From positions 195,920,001-195,984,000 of the forward strand of contig OZ024741.1 in NCBI GenBank assembly GCA_964016885.1: a stretch of DNA of 64,000 nt, written 5' to 3'. Both the position numbers and the translations under genes were made by a program. The stretch's first letter is position 1. Each line of letters starts with the position of its first letter. This document shows positions 11,761 through 23,358 of this stretch, piece by piece. The notes under the pieces were generated by a model. That model was given only the letters and a program-made list of their open reading frames with translations, made no database searches and was not told where the DNA came from. Source of the stretch: Eledone cirrhosa (taxonomy: Eukaryota).

Positions 11761-12189
11761 CCCCCCCCCCTCCCCTTCTTGTCTTGTTTTTTCTCCTTGG
11801 CATCATATTTAAAAGCTATAATGGGGATTAAATAAGAAATGCATGAAAGTAACGTGAATATCTTCACCAGGGAGATCTAAATCAACGGCGAAGCTTACCT
11901 CATTTAAGATGTCAGTGTAGACAGAAGGATAGAATCAGTGGATCTCAGTGTTATTGCACTTATTAGTATCACCTCACTTTGATAACACCAAATAGCTCTC
12001 TCTTTCTGTGGTAAAGTCCGTTTGTGCTGTAGTTAGTATCAACTAACTTCGCTTAACTTTATAAATTGATGTAAAAGACTTTATACAAGTTAATGCAACG
12101 TGGTTTAACTTCAACTGATTCTTTGATCCTAATGATATTGTGCTTTTATATTTTAAGTGTATTCTAGACCCTTGTGGAACACCAAAGAA

Positions 12190-12811
12190 ATATCACAGTA
12201 ACACACACATATCTTCACTGATGCACACACATGTATCTTCTCTGACACACACATATACACAAACACATGTATCTTCACAGGCACACACATACACACAAAC
12301 ACTCGTACCTTCACTGACACACATACACGCAAACACATATCTTCACTGACACATACATTCATAGTGAAGCAAACATACAGCCTCTCTCTCACCCGCTATC
12401 CCCTCTCTCTTTTAATTTCTTCTGCTCTCTCTGTCTCTTTCTCGTTCTGTGTTTTTCCCTCTCTCTCACACACATCTCACTTTGCCTTTCTATTACTTTC
12501 TCCCTCTTTTCTCCCCCTCTCCGTCATTCATTGGCATTGTGAAACAGATATACAAATTGCAAATATCACATAGATTAACATATAAATGGCTGAGTATTCC
12601 ACAGACATATGAACACAGCGCAATTTTTAAGCCGAATTATTGAACGGCAATAGAGATGTGTTCACTCAACGTCTTTGAAAGACCGACATTATCTGTTGTA
12701 GTGTGTGATAAATAAAAAACATTTATAATTAAACTAAAATTCATAAAAGAACCAAAAACAAATTTTAAAAATTTGTTTTAAAACTACTGAGACAATTTCT
12801 ACACCCATAAA

Positions 12812-12855
<44 letters not shown>

Positions 12856-12860
12856 GCGCC
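12190..12860. repeat. CA/CT/TG microsatellite-rich low-complexity region
   Basis: Degenerate (acacacat..tcttcactg) units, CT-rich tract, pure (TG)n at 12813-12850. Confidence 0.7.
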
Positions 12861-14289
12861 TATTACATGTTTGTCTGTATATTAACAAACTCTTCGCTGG
12901 GAGGATGAGTATTTGGCAGAAATTAATATATGTTATTAAATTGTAGCAGGAAAATGAATTTTGTTGTATGGCAATGTTAGCCAAAAACGAATGTTTAGTT
13001 AGTTGTTATAGTAGGAAAGATGTTTTTGTAGCAGGAGATGTAACGTTATTAAAGTTAATAATGGGTGTATTCGGTTGTAGCTTCTCGCCACGAAAGGAGA
13101 GAATCTGTAACACAGTTGTAGGCAAGTGAGATTTGTTGCAAGTGAGTTAGCGAAGTCATTATTATACTCACTTGTGGTTGTGGAATGGTAGAACCTTGGG
13201 AAATGGATTTTCCCATATCACGTCCAACGTTGTGTTTTTAATATGTATGCAAGATTCGTTGGTGGCAGAAATATCATAAGGCCTTATAACATTTTTACAA
13301 TGGTTTATTTACAACCGAATTAGTTTACAATATGTTGTGCCGGCATGCCGTAAAAGTGAATGAACAAAAATAAGTGTTTGATACAAAGAAAGTGGTCCCT
13401 CGCCGACAGAGCCAAAGTTTCTTATTTACCGTTACATTTTTGCTAGTGTTGACATGCAAAGGAAAATGGATGTTATCTTCTTGAAGTAAAAGCAGCAACT
13501 AAAGTGAAAACAAAAATAGAAGCGCAAATTTCTTCTAGCAGGGTGGAAGTTGTATATTTATGCGTGACTTACGATTGGTTAACCGGTAACCAAATCACGC
13601 ATGAAAGATTGCTATTGCAAGCCATGAAGAAATGCCACTACATCACCCTCTGCTTAGACCGAGAAGCAGTCGATAAGAATGAGGAAATATTTGAACAGGT
13701 AACATCAGTACGAAAATGCTGAAAAAAGAAGCCAGTAGTTAAACTATGCAAAAGTTACCAAAATGCTGAAAAAAGATGCAAGTAGTTAAACTATGCAAAA
13801 GTTAACACCAATGAAACAAAGTGAATTCAAGAAGAAAATATTGCAATGCAAAAGAGGCACTAAGAGGCCAGTGTGGCATGTTGCCGCTTTGTCAATGACA
13901 GGCAGTTGTCTATTAATCTATTAATAATGTGACCGCCGGGGCTCTAATAGAAACGAATAATGTCTGACAAGGGCGAATAAAATAGACATGAAATGTTTTT
14001 AAAGTTGCTGTTCTTGTATTAAATGTTATAAAAGTTGTTGTTGGCAGTGGTGGTGGTAGTGGTAAAATTATAAAGCTGCCCCTCCTGTTTTTGTTGCTGC
14101 ATTGCTGCTGTAGTAGTTGCCATTGGTGTTGTCACTGTAGCTGTTGTGGTAGGTGATGGTGTTGTCAATGGTGATGCTGCTGCTGTTTTGTTACCGCATG
14201 TTGGTGTCACAACATCCAGCCCGAAACAAATGAGGTCGTGTAGGTGTCACGACAAAAAAACACACAGTCCACGCTGTAATGTGGCCGTG

Positions 14290-14485
14290 TAGGCAACACG
14301 GTAAAAACCTCCCAGTCCCACACTGTAAATGTGGTTGGTGTTGGGAAGGGCATCCAGCCGTAGAAAACCCGCCAGACAGTCCTATGCGAGCAAGACAACC
14401 ACTCTTGCCTCAAGTGGGAAAAAACCCGTCCAAACCCATGCAAGCGTGGAATATGGACGTTAAACGATGATGATGATGATGATGT
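14290..14485 (+). mobile_element. RTE-type 3' tail / SINE tail
   Basis: gggaagggcatccagccgtagaaa...gtccaaacccatgcaagcgtggaatatggacgttaaacgatgatgatg, homologous to the SINE family 1 tail. Confidence 0.65.
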
Positions 14486-14524
14486 TGTTAATGCTGCTGC
14501 TGGCTGTTTTGTTCCCGCTGTTGT

Positions 14525-16330
14525 TAATGCTGCTGCAAAATTGCTCCTACAGCTGTGTTCGATGCATCAACGACCAGCGAAAACTTGGCACCGGACACAG
14601 GGTGTGCAAGAAGAGATGTGTTAGCTAATTCCAGTTTGGCTTTAGAGAATGCCTCAAGTTGCATGGGACCCCAAATAAATAGGTTCATTCTTCTTTTTTC
14701 TGTCATGTAACAGATCGGACAGTGGAGAAAAGAGTTCTGCACAAGGAAGTAGGCGGAAGAAGATCTTGAAGAGCACTTTCTCAAGAAGTGGTGATACTCC
14801 CTTTGAGTTGATAATGTGGCCCAAAAAGACAAGTGAAGCAGCGCCAAAAACACACTTCGCAGGGTTAATGTGAACTTGGTACTGCCTAAATCGCTCAAAC
14901 AGTAGGCGGAGGTGCGTGATATGATCCTCTGGTGAAGCACTCGCAATCAGAATGTCATTGATATAGCAGTATACGAAGTCTACTGGCAGCATTGTGTAAT
15001 CCAAAAGTCATTGTTAAAAATTTGAATGTGCTGAAAGGAGTAGTGACAGCTGTTTTTGGAATGTCAGTAGGATTCACAGGAATTTGCCCTGATAAGCCCT
15101 GACCAAGTCCAATTTCTAAAAAATGGTACATCTGTGAAGGGAAGAAGCGAAATCCTGGATGTCAGGTACAGTGATCGAATTCAATCTCTGAAAATCTCCA
15201 GTGGGACACCAGCCTCCTGAATGTTTGGGCACCATATGCAAAGGCGAGGCGCACTGATTGGAAGAAGGGCGAATAATACCCAATTGCAGCATACAATGAA
15301 ACTCTGCCTTAGTCGCTTTCAATTTTTCCAGAAAGAGACGACACGGGCGTGAAAAAGCTGGAGCACCCTTTGTCTCAATAAAATGCTTGGTAAAGTTCAA
15401 ATTAGTTAATTCTGGAAAGGAAAATAAAAGCGCATGGTAAGGGTCATCCGAAACAGCGATGAAGAAGACTGGACTGATGGACGGAATTGCTGATGTATGT
15501 CCAGGCACAGTAAGCTCCATAGTCACGTCCAATAAACGACGTGTCCGCATATCCACCATAAGATTATAATGGTCCAAACAATCGGCACCCAGAATAGGAT
15601 ACGACAAATCCTCTATGGTGAAAGTCCATGTGAAATCCCTACGTAAATCCAGGTGCAAAGAGTGAGAGATTTGTCCATACGTGGGAATAGCAGAATGGTT
15701 GACGGCTTGTAGCGAAATTGGTGAGAGAGGAGGTTTCTCTCTCAAAAGCCTAAATAGTCAAATGCTACATGCCGCCCCGGTGTCAATCAGACTGCATGCA
15801 TGAGAAAATGAATCGGTGATGAAAAATGCACGATTATTCGCGTACGAAGGGGGAGAAGGTACCGTGCCCACTTCTCCAGCGATTGGTTTCCCTGGGTGGC
15901 AAAAGAACAAGGATACATTTGTATGCCGCAGCTCCAAAACGCATGTGATACCAACATGATGGCGACGGTCGAAAACGACGATGTGACGAATGCGAGCGAT
16001 TCTGTGACCGTTGTCGGGAAGTGGGCGGTGTAACATTCGAAAATACTGATGCGACTGGCGAAGATGAAGAAGAATTTGCAGGGAGTCGCAATGGGGTAGA
16101 AGTGGTAGAATTGCCGGCATAATCTATAATCTTATCGGCGGAAGAAGCTAGTTGATCCGCAGAACTGGTTTCCATGATTGGTGCCAAAATGGCCTACACA
16201 TTAGGTGGCAGCCTGGAAAAAAACAATTGTTTGATAATAACAATGTCCGCCGGTGAATCCTTTGTGAGTTCTCTCATTCTACGTAACAAAGAGTTACAAC
16301 CCAAGGCTAATAATTTTGCAAGGGTTGCTT
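14525..16330 (-). mobile_element. Decayed Ty3/Gypsy LTR retrotransposon gag-pol (gag C-terminus, protease, RT, RNase H start)
   Basis: Gag LASSADKI and CWYHMRFGAAAYKC, protease LIDTGAACSI, RT PLHMVPKHSGGWCPTGDFQRLN and YINDILIAS (YxDD mutated), RNase H VDASNTAVGAILQQ; frameshifted. Confidence 0.88.
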
Positions 16331-16613
16331 CCCTTGGCAAAAAGAAAAAGGAAAATAAACGTCTTTTTTTGTTTACCTAAAAATACACCGATCTGATAGA
16401 GAGAGAGAGTTATTTACTCAAGGTTGTAAGTCTGGAGCGCACACTCATTGCGCATGCTCACACAAAGCGAAAGCGTGGGAACAGATGAACTAGAAGATGA
16501 GTTGCCATATTGACAAAATTATTCTGTCCTGAAAGTGCGGGAAAAGACGATGAAGAAGAATAGGTAAACTGCCATCTTGAATTAGGCTCCCATGTGTGAA
16601 ATAAAATGTTCGT

Positions 16614-16625
16614 TCGGGGTCACCA
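16614..16625 (-). promoter_or_regulatory. tRNA-Trp primer-binding site of the Gypsy element
   Basis: Minus strand TGGTGACCCCGA matches the first 12 nt of the tRNA-Trp-type PBS (TGGTGACCCCGACGTGAT) and lies upstream of the gag remnant in the correct orientation. Confidence 0.65.
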
Positions 16626-17591
16626 TTTATAACGGAAAGAGTGTGAAATGCATATTTATGCTTTGTAGTTATTTTGGAAGAGTTGAAACATTTACCAATA
16701 CAGTACAATTTAATCATTGCAAATTAAGGCTTTGGGGAAATACCTTTGTCTGTTGTGATTCTTCCTTAATACATGGCTTAACAACGGGCTTCTGATATCA
16801 ATATATAAATAAACATGCCTTTGTAGTGACCTACGTTCCTAAGGCTCATAGATACATTCTCCGTGTGTTATTTGGCTCAGTTCAGCCAATCGCTGCCAGC
16901 GTAGGAGAATGTATTTCGACTTCCGCCCTGAGGGAAAAATTCCCGTGTCGGTTCAGAAATCTCTCTCTTGCAGCTTGACCATGCTAAGGTAAACACCACT
17001 TCTTCTTTTGCTCCGCAAGCACAAACTATATGTAACCACAAAACATTACTACAGGCATGGCCAACGCCTCGGCCAGTCGACCGTACTTTCTCTTGCAATC
17101 TTAATTGATTTATTTCATTTCTTTTGGCATGCCAGCTTAATCCACCTCTTAACCTTTGTTAAATAAATAATGTAAAAACATGTTAAAGTCTTGGTAATAT
17201 TACTATCATACCTTATTGCTAAAATGGTAATTATGTTTTCTGCTGGAATGGTGATTATTATATTCCTTTACCTTCGACACTCAATACATTATATAAACAT
17301 TTATTGTTTGTAGACCAAATATATAAACACACACGAGGATATTAAATTAAAAGCAGAAACTAGCCATACATTTGCTAAGTTAACCAGGGCTAGAAAGAAA
17401 CTTCCTAGAATAATGCAGGAAATGATCAATACATCTTTGTTGATAATATTCAGTACCTCTTCATAGGACACATATGAAGAACATGGTAGTAACTATTCAA
17501 TAGTGCGTCTTCTCATGTCGGTAGTCAGGAACTCTCTCTGGTGAACCCAGTTTACTAGACCGGGAGTAACAGTATATTCATGCGCAACTTA

Positions 17592-17686
17592 CACAATTGG
17601 TCTACTTTACCACAATTGGTCTACTTTACCACAATTGGTCTACTTTACCACAATTGGTCTACTTTACCACAATTGGTCTACTTTAC
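17592..17686 (+). repeat. 19-bp tandem repeat, 5 copies
   Basis: (CACAATTGGTCTACTTTAC)x5, perfect. Confidence 0.9.
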
Positions 17687-18380
17687 GCATGAAAGATTGT
17701 TATTGCGAGGTATGAAGAAATGCTGCTACAAGTATATATATATATATATATATAATTACATATTCTCATACAAACAAACATATTGAATATATTATTTACA
17801 TTTGAATCATTATATACACCTTTATTTACAATTGAATTAATATCGTTGTTATATATATTTGTGTGTATGTGCATTTATAGATATGAGTATGTAAATATAG
17901 ACGCGCAAACACCAATGTACTCACACAAATACACACACATACAGACATTCACACAAATACACACACGTATACATTCACAAACACATGCATACATACTTTC
18001 ATGCAAACACACACATACACATACTTTCAGACAAACATGCACAAATACACACATACATTCACACAAATACACACACACACACACACAGAATGTAGTAAAG
18101 TTTGGAACTCTGTTCGCTGTTTTTGCCATAGATTTTTCATCATATTCTTGCCCTCTCTTACACACACATACATTCACACACAGACACATATTTACACACA
18201 CAGAGCTTTGCAAATGTTGGAACACAGTTCGATTTTTTTTCGGCATAGTTTTTTCACTATCCCCTTCCTTCCTTTTAACTTATTCATGTCATAAGTGGAC
18301 TGACACACGGACTGACACCAAACGATAATTATTATATAAAGTAGCTGGCCCCGTGTCGTAAAAAATGACAGCTAATTGTA

Positions 18381-18754
18381 ATCATCATCATCATTTTATG
18401 TCCGCTTTTCCCTGCTTGTAAGGGTGGGACGGGAACTGATTCTGGCTTGATTTCTACAGCCGGATGCCCTTCCTAACACCAACCTCATTTACAGTGAGTG
18501 CTGGGTGCTTTCTTTTCCGTGGTGCCTACAGTGTGGGCTGGGTGCTTTTTTGCCATGGCACCTCCACGACCACTTTGCAGAGTGGAATGATAGGGACCCC
18601 TGTCCTATCATCTCATTTCTACAGCTAAGTAAACTGGAGCAATGTGAAATAAAGTATTTTGCTCAAGGAAACAACACATCACCCAGTCTGAGAATTGAAC
18701 TTACAACCTTTTGATTGTGAGGCCAATGCTCTAACCACTAAGCCATGTGCCTCC
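18381..18754 (-). mobile_element. tRNA-derived SINE, family 1 (RTE-type tail)
   Basis: Reverse complement of 51799-52133 with a small internal duplication; (atc)n tail. Confidence 0.85.
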
Positions 18755-19606
18755 ATATATATATATATACACACACACACACATAATATTAAAAAAATCA
18801 TGTTTGTTTGTTGGTATGTTCCTTCGCGCTCACTCACACAGCAGCGATGAATCTTAGAACACTGGACTTCTATAGTTTCTCATCCCACCTCCTTTCTCAG
18901 TCATCACATAGATATATGTCTATGTAATAATTATTTTTTCTAAGTGTGTCTGTTTATATATATGTACGTGTAGATTCATGTGTGTTTGTAATTCTATTGT
19001 CTATGTATCTTTCTAAATAAAAACATGCAAACACTTATACACTCACACAAATAATATATATAATTTACACAAACACACATATACACATACACTCACATAA
19101 TCATAACAGCCAATGTGTGTAGCCAATTTGCTATACATATACACACACAGGTGTAGCAAATGTTAAACGCTACCACTCCTTCTTCAGTCGACGTAATCAC
19201 CCCTTCCTTGATCAGTCATCTCTAGTGTGTGACGGACAAATACACATGGCTTTTATTATATTACTGATATCGTGTGGTAAATACAAATAATCATAACAGA
19301 CCAAAAAATACAAGAAGAATGTCTACCTATTTAAATGATTATATATCTTAATAGGTTGAAAAAGAGAGCAAAGGGAAGAAAGGAGCACTTGCACAACATG
19401 CTCCTGAAGTTGAGGGTTGTTCTATCGACGGGGTATTAAACAACCCATTTGTGGCGCCTCCCCCCTATTGGGGATTTCAATTGTTAAATTTGTTTGTTTC
19501 AATATATTTACACGACTGTATGTAAAATCCCCGCCATATATCTTTGTATTGTCCCCTTTTCTTGTGCACCCTTGTGGCTAATAAAGAAATCTATATATTT
19601 TAATAG

Positions 19607-19840
19607 AAGGCATGTGGCTTAGTTTTTAGGGAGTTAATCTCATGATTCCCAGTGGTATGTTGTGTCCTTCAGCAAGATACTTTATATCATCATTTTCCAG
19701 GCCACATTTTTGGAAAAAATGAGTTGTATCTGGCTTTGTCTGTAGAATGCTCAGCCACTTGTATGTTAATTCCATGAGCAGGCTGTTCCATTGATTGAAT
19801 CAACTGGAACACTTGTCATTGGAAATGAAGGAGATTCAAC
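19607..19840 (+). mobile_element. Older tRNA-SINE related to the family 1 head/core
   Basis: gaaggcatgtggcttag...tgttgtgtccttcagcaagatactttat matches the family 1 head and core; the 3' part differs. Confidence 0.6.
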
Positions 19841-20513
19841 ATGTACATGTTTCACCTAATAGTATACAATGATTGACTCTTCTTATCATATTTTGTGTTG
19901 TTAATTACTAACTTTCTGACATTTCTTGTAAATAATCCTTGTTTGTTATATGGTGGATGTAATATTAGGTGTTTTCTAATTCTTATATTATTGTTAATTA
20001 CTAACAGTAAAATTATCTGCAGTCACATGAGTTCCATGCTAATCTGTACTGGCATGTAGTTAAACAATTATCCAGTTAAAAAGTGGATAATTGATTTTGT
20101 TAGTTGACAACTTCTGAAATGTGAAATTACAGTTTTGAACATAATATACATAATTAATAACAAACAACGATTTTTAATTTAGGCACAAGGCCTGCAATTT
20201 GTGTGGAGAAGAAAATATATTATCACAACCCCAGTACTTTAATGGTATTTTATTTTAATCATCCCAGAAAGATGAAAAGCAAAGTTGACCTTGGCAGTAT
20301 TTGAACTAAGAATGTAGAAAGACATTTTTTCCAATGCTCTACTGATACCACCAATTTAAGTATTCCTTTCACTATATATGCTAAATGTACATGCCATTGT
20401 AATTATGGATTACAACAGTGCAGTAACATATATGTAATTGGTAACAAGTAATATAAACAAAATATGCCATTCGCTACGTATGCTAAATGTAGATGTTATT
20501 GAGAATGGATTGA

Positions 20514-21465
20514 GGCAAGTGTATGATGGTGGTAGCAAGTGTATGATGGTGGTAGCAAGTGTATGATGGTGGTAGCAAGTGTATGATGGTGGTAGCAAGT
20601 GTGTGTCCGTGGTAGCAAGTGTATGATGGTGGTAGCAAGTGTGTGTCCGTGGTAGCAAGTGTATGTCGGTGGTAGCAAGTGTATGTTGGTGGTAGCAAGT
20701 GTGTGTCGGTGGTAGCAAGTGTATGTCGGTGGTAGCAAGTGTATGTTGGTGGTAGCAAGTGTATGTCGGTGGTAGCAAGTGTATGTTGGTGGTAGCAAGT
20801 GTATGTCGGTGGTAGCAAGTGTATGTCGGTGGTAGCAAGTGTGTGTCCGTGGTAGCAAGTGTATGTCGGTGGTAGCAAGTGTATGTTGGTGGTAGCAAGT
20901 GTATGTTGGTGGTAGCAAGTGTATGTTGGTGGTAGCAAGTGTATGTTGGTGGTAGCAAGTGTATGTCGGTGGTAGCAAGTGTATGTCGGTGGTAGCAAGT
21001 GTATGTCGGTGGTAGCAAGTGTATGTTGGTGGTAGCAAGTGTATGTTGGTGGTAGCAAGTGTATGTTGGTGGTAGCAAGTGTATGTTGGTGGTAGCAAGT
21101 GTATGTCGGTGGTAGCAAGTGTATGTCGGTGGTAGCAAGTGTATGTCGGTGGTAGCAAGTGTATGTCGGTGGTAGCAAGTGTATGTTGGTGGTAGCAAGT
21201 GTATGTTGGTGGTAGCAAGTGTATGTTGGTGGTAGCAAGTGTATGTTGGTGGTAGCAAGTGTATGTCGGTGGTAGCAAGTGTATGTCGGTGGTAGCAAGT
21301 GTATGTTGGTGGTAGCAAGTGTATGATGGTGGTAGCAAGTGTATGATGGTGGTAGCAAGTGTATGTTGGTGGTAGCAAGTGTATGTTGGTGGTAGCAAGT
21401 GTATGTTGGTGGTAGCAAGTGTATGTTGGTGGTAGCAAGTGTATGTTGGTGGTAGCAAGTGTATG
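20514..21465 (+). repeat. 20-bp minisatellite, ~47 copies
   Basis: Unit GGTAGCAAGTGTATG(TT/TC/AT)GGT with exact 20-nt period; variants occur in runs. Confidence 0.95.
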
Positions 21466-22105
21466 TATGATGATGGTGATAAATGTATGTATGTTTTGGC
21501 TCCCGTCATCATTGTCATCATATTTGTCGTATCGTTATTCTTTTCATTATTGAGGGCATTGGATTGGTAGAATCAGTAGAGTGTCAGACAAAATGTTATT
21601 TATTTATGACTTTCTACAATTTGAGTTTAAATTCCTTTGAGGTGAAGTTGCCTACTATCTTTTCTGGGTTGATAAAATAACATTTAAGTACTGGATCAAG
21701 ATAATCGACTTTTCCTTTCCCCCAAATTGCACCCATGTTTGAAAAAAGTATTATCTTCATTATTGTTTTAATGCCTTTTTATACCTATTCTGGCTGAATT
21801 TGGTAAGTTTTTCCAATCGATTTAATCCTGGAAAGCCAAATTGTGAAGCTTAATGTTGTTTTGTATGACTTCACTACTTCTTCACAAGTCTTTTTTTAAC
21901 CTATCTCTATCTTGCTTGTGACTATTTTGTTCACACATCTCATTCATTCATGCCCTTTCCCACTCAGTAGCTTCTCCTCAATGAAACAACCTAACTGTTG
22001 CTTTTCTCAACACTTTCGTTGTTTCCATGTAGATTAACATTGCTTGTCCAGCAGGTCATATGCATCTCATTCTGCTCCCATTATTGCAGGTTTTCCCCAT
22101 TTTGT

Positions 22106-22434
22106 TCATCATCATCATCATCATCATTTTTACGTCCGCTTTTCCCTGCTTGCAAGGGTGGGATGGGAACTGATTCTGGCTTGATTTCTACAGCTGGATG
22201 CCCTTCCTAACACCAACCTCATTTACAGTGAGTGCTGGGTGCTTTTTTGCTGTGGCACCTCCATGACCACTTCTCAGTGGACCCAGTCCCTATCATCTCA
22301 TTTTTACAGCTGAGCAAACTGGAACAATGTGAAATAAAGTGTCTTGCTCAAGGAAACATCACCCGGTCTGAGAATTGAACTCACAACCTTTCGATTGCAA
22401 GGCCAATGACCTAACCACTAAGCCATGTGCCTTC
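22106..22434 (-). mobile_element. tRNA-derived SINE, family 1
   Basis: Reverse complement of 51799-52133; ends 100 nt upstream of exon B. Confidence 0.85.
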
Positions 22435-22534
22435 ATGAAATGAAATAAAAACCATGCCAATTTAAACAATAGCTAGTTAGTAAGAATCTAACTCTGTCAT
22501 TGTTGATTTTCTGATAAATTTTTTAATTTCACAG

Positions 22535-22626
22535 GTCAGTGTTTTTTAGAAGTGGCAGATGATTTGAAAAATGTATATTCTTACTATTGTGTCAACATTG
22601 ATTCTGCCAATGACTATAAAGATACG
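22535..22626 (+). CDS. Exon B of the DH-domain RhoGEF
   Basis: tttcacAG acceptor, GTAAGT donor at 22627. The 92 nt start in phase 1, completing G|GT with exon A, and translate GQCFLEVADDLKNVYSYYCVNIDSANDYKDT (DH 'G..FL...Y..YC.N' motif). Confidence 0.87.
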
Positions 22627-22654
22627 GTAAGTGTATTAAACAATATAAAAGTTA

Positions 22655-23102
22655 CTGTATATACTCGTATTTAAGCCAAGTAAAAAGTCGATAGTAAAAC
22701 GGGTGGTCGGATTATATATTTGAGGTCAATATTTTGCCAATTTTCACCAACTTCAAAATTCTACATAAATGAGATGCTAAAAATCATATTTTTGCTTTTG
22801 AGGTTGAATATTACACCAGTTTCACGTTTTACGTAAAAATGGTATTTTCGGATTTTTTTTTGTTTTGAATGAAATTGGTTAAAAAATAATGGAGTTGTAA
22901 AACAAAAACTATTCTCTAAATGACACTTAAAACATTTTCAAAATATTAAAACTTCATAAGTATATTCTCCATTCCTGAGAATTTCAAAACTACGCTATCT
23001 AAACATTGTGTTGATTATATACCTCAGTTTATAAACAGGGTTTGAATTTGTGCCTATTCCTCAGACATGAAATAGGGTTGGTTTATATTTGAGTATATAT
23101 GG
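22655..23102. mobile_element. Tc1/mariner-pogo-type MITE with TA target duplication
   Basis: TA|CTGTATATACTCGTATTTAAGCCAA ... TTGGTTTATATTTGAGTATATATGG|TA imperfect terminal inverted repeats; non-coding interior. Confidence 0.7.
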
Positions 23103-23358
23103 TAAATATGAATTGTTGTTTTAAGCCCTATCCTCTGCCAAAACATCTACAGTGATTTTATTAATATTTTCTTAATTCATCAAACTTTCTCCTGAACTAC
23201 ACTTCTATTGCTTTAGTCATCTCCCGTTATTCTAATTACCCTTTCCAGGAATATTCTTTACTCTCCCTCCCAGTTCTAACTAGCTCTCTACTAGCATGAA
23301 TATACTCTTGTATTAACCATGGTGGTGTGTGGAGGGGGGGGGGGAGTGGTAGTGGTGG

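Noticed and set aside
12600-13990. Possible non-autonomous DNA element or extra host exon
   Set aside because: It shares a short dispersed repeat with ~17686-17730 and has a small tandem duplication, but shows no recognisable termini or protein motif; exons A and B already join into continuous DH sequence.
16628-17160. 5' LTR of the Gypsy element
   Set aside because: Its position beside the PBS fits, but TG...CA boundaries are unclear and no second LTR copy is visible in the window.
17783-18328. 181-aa ORF
   Set aside because: It is dominated by CA-repeat-derived HT runs with no domain signature.
20410-21521. Three 311-342 aa minus-strand ORFs as real genes
   Set aside because: They are a by-product of a stop-free 20-bp repeat, with the same peptide in all three frames.
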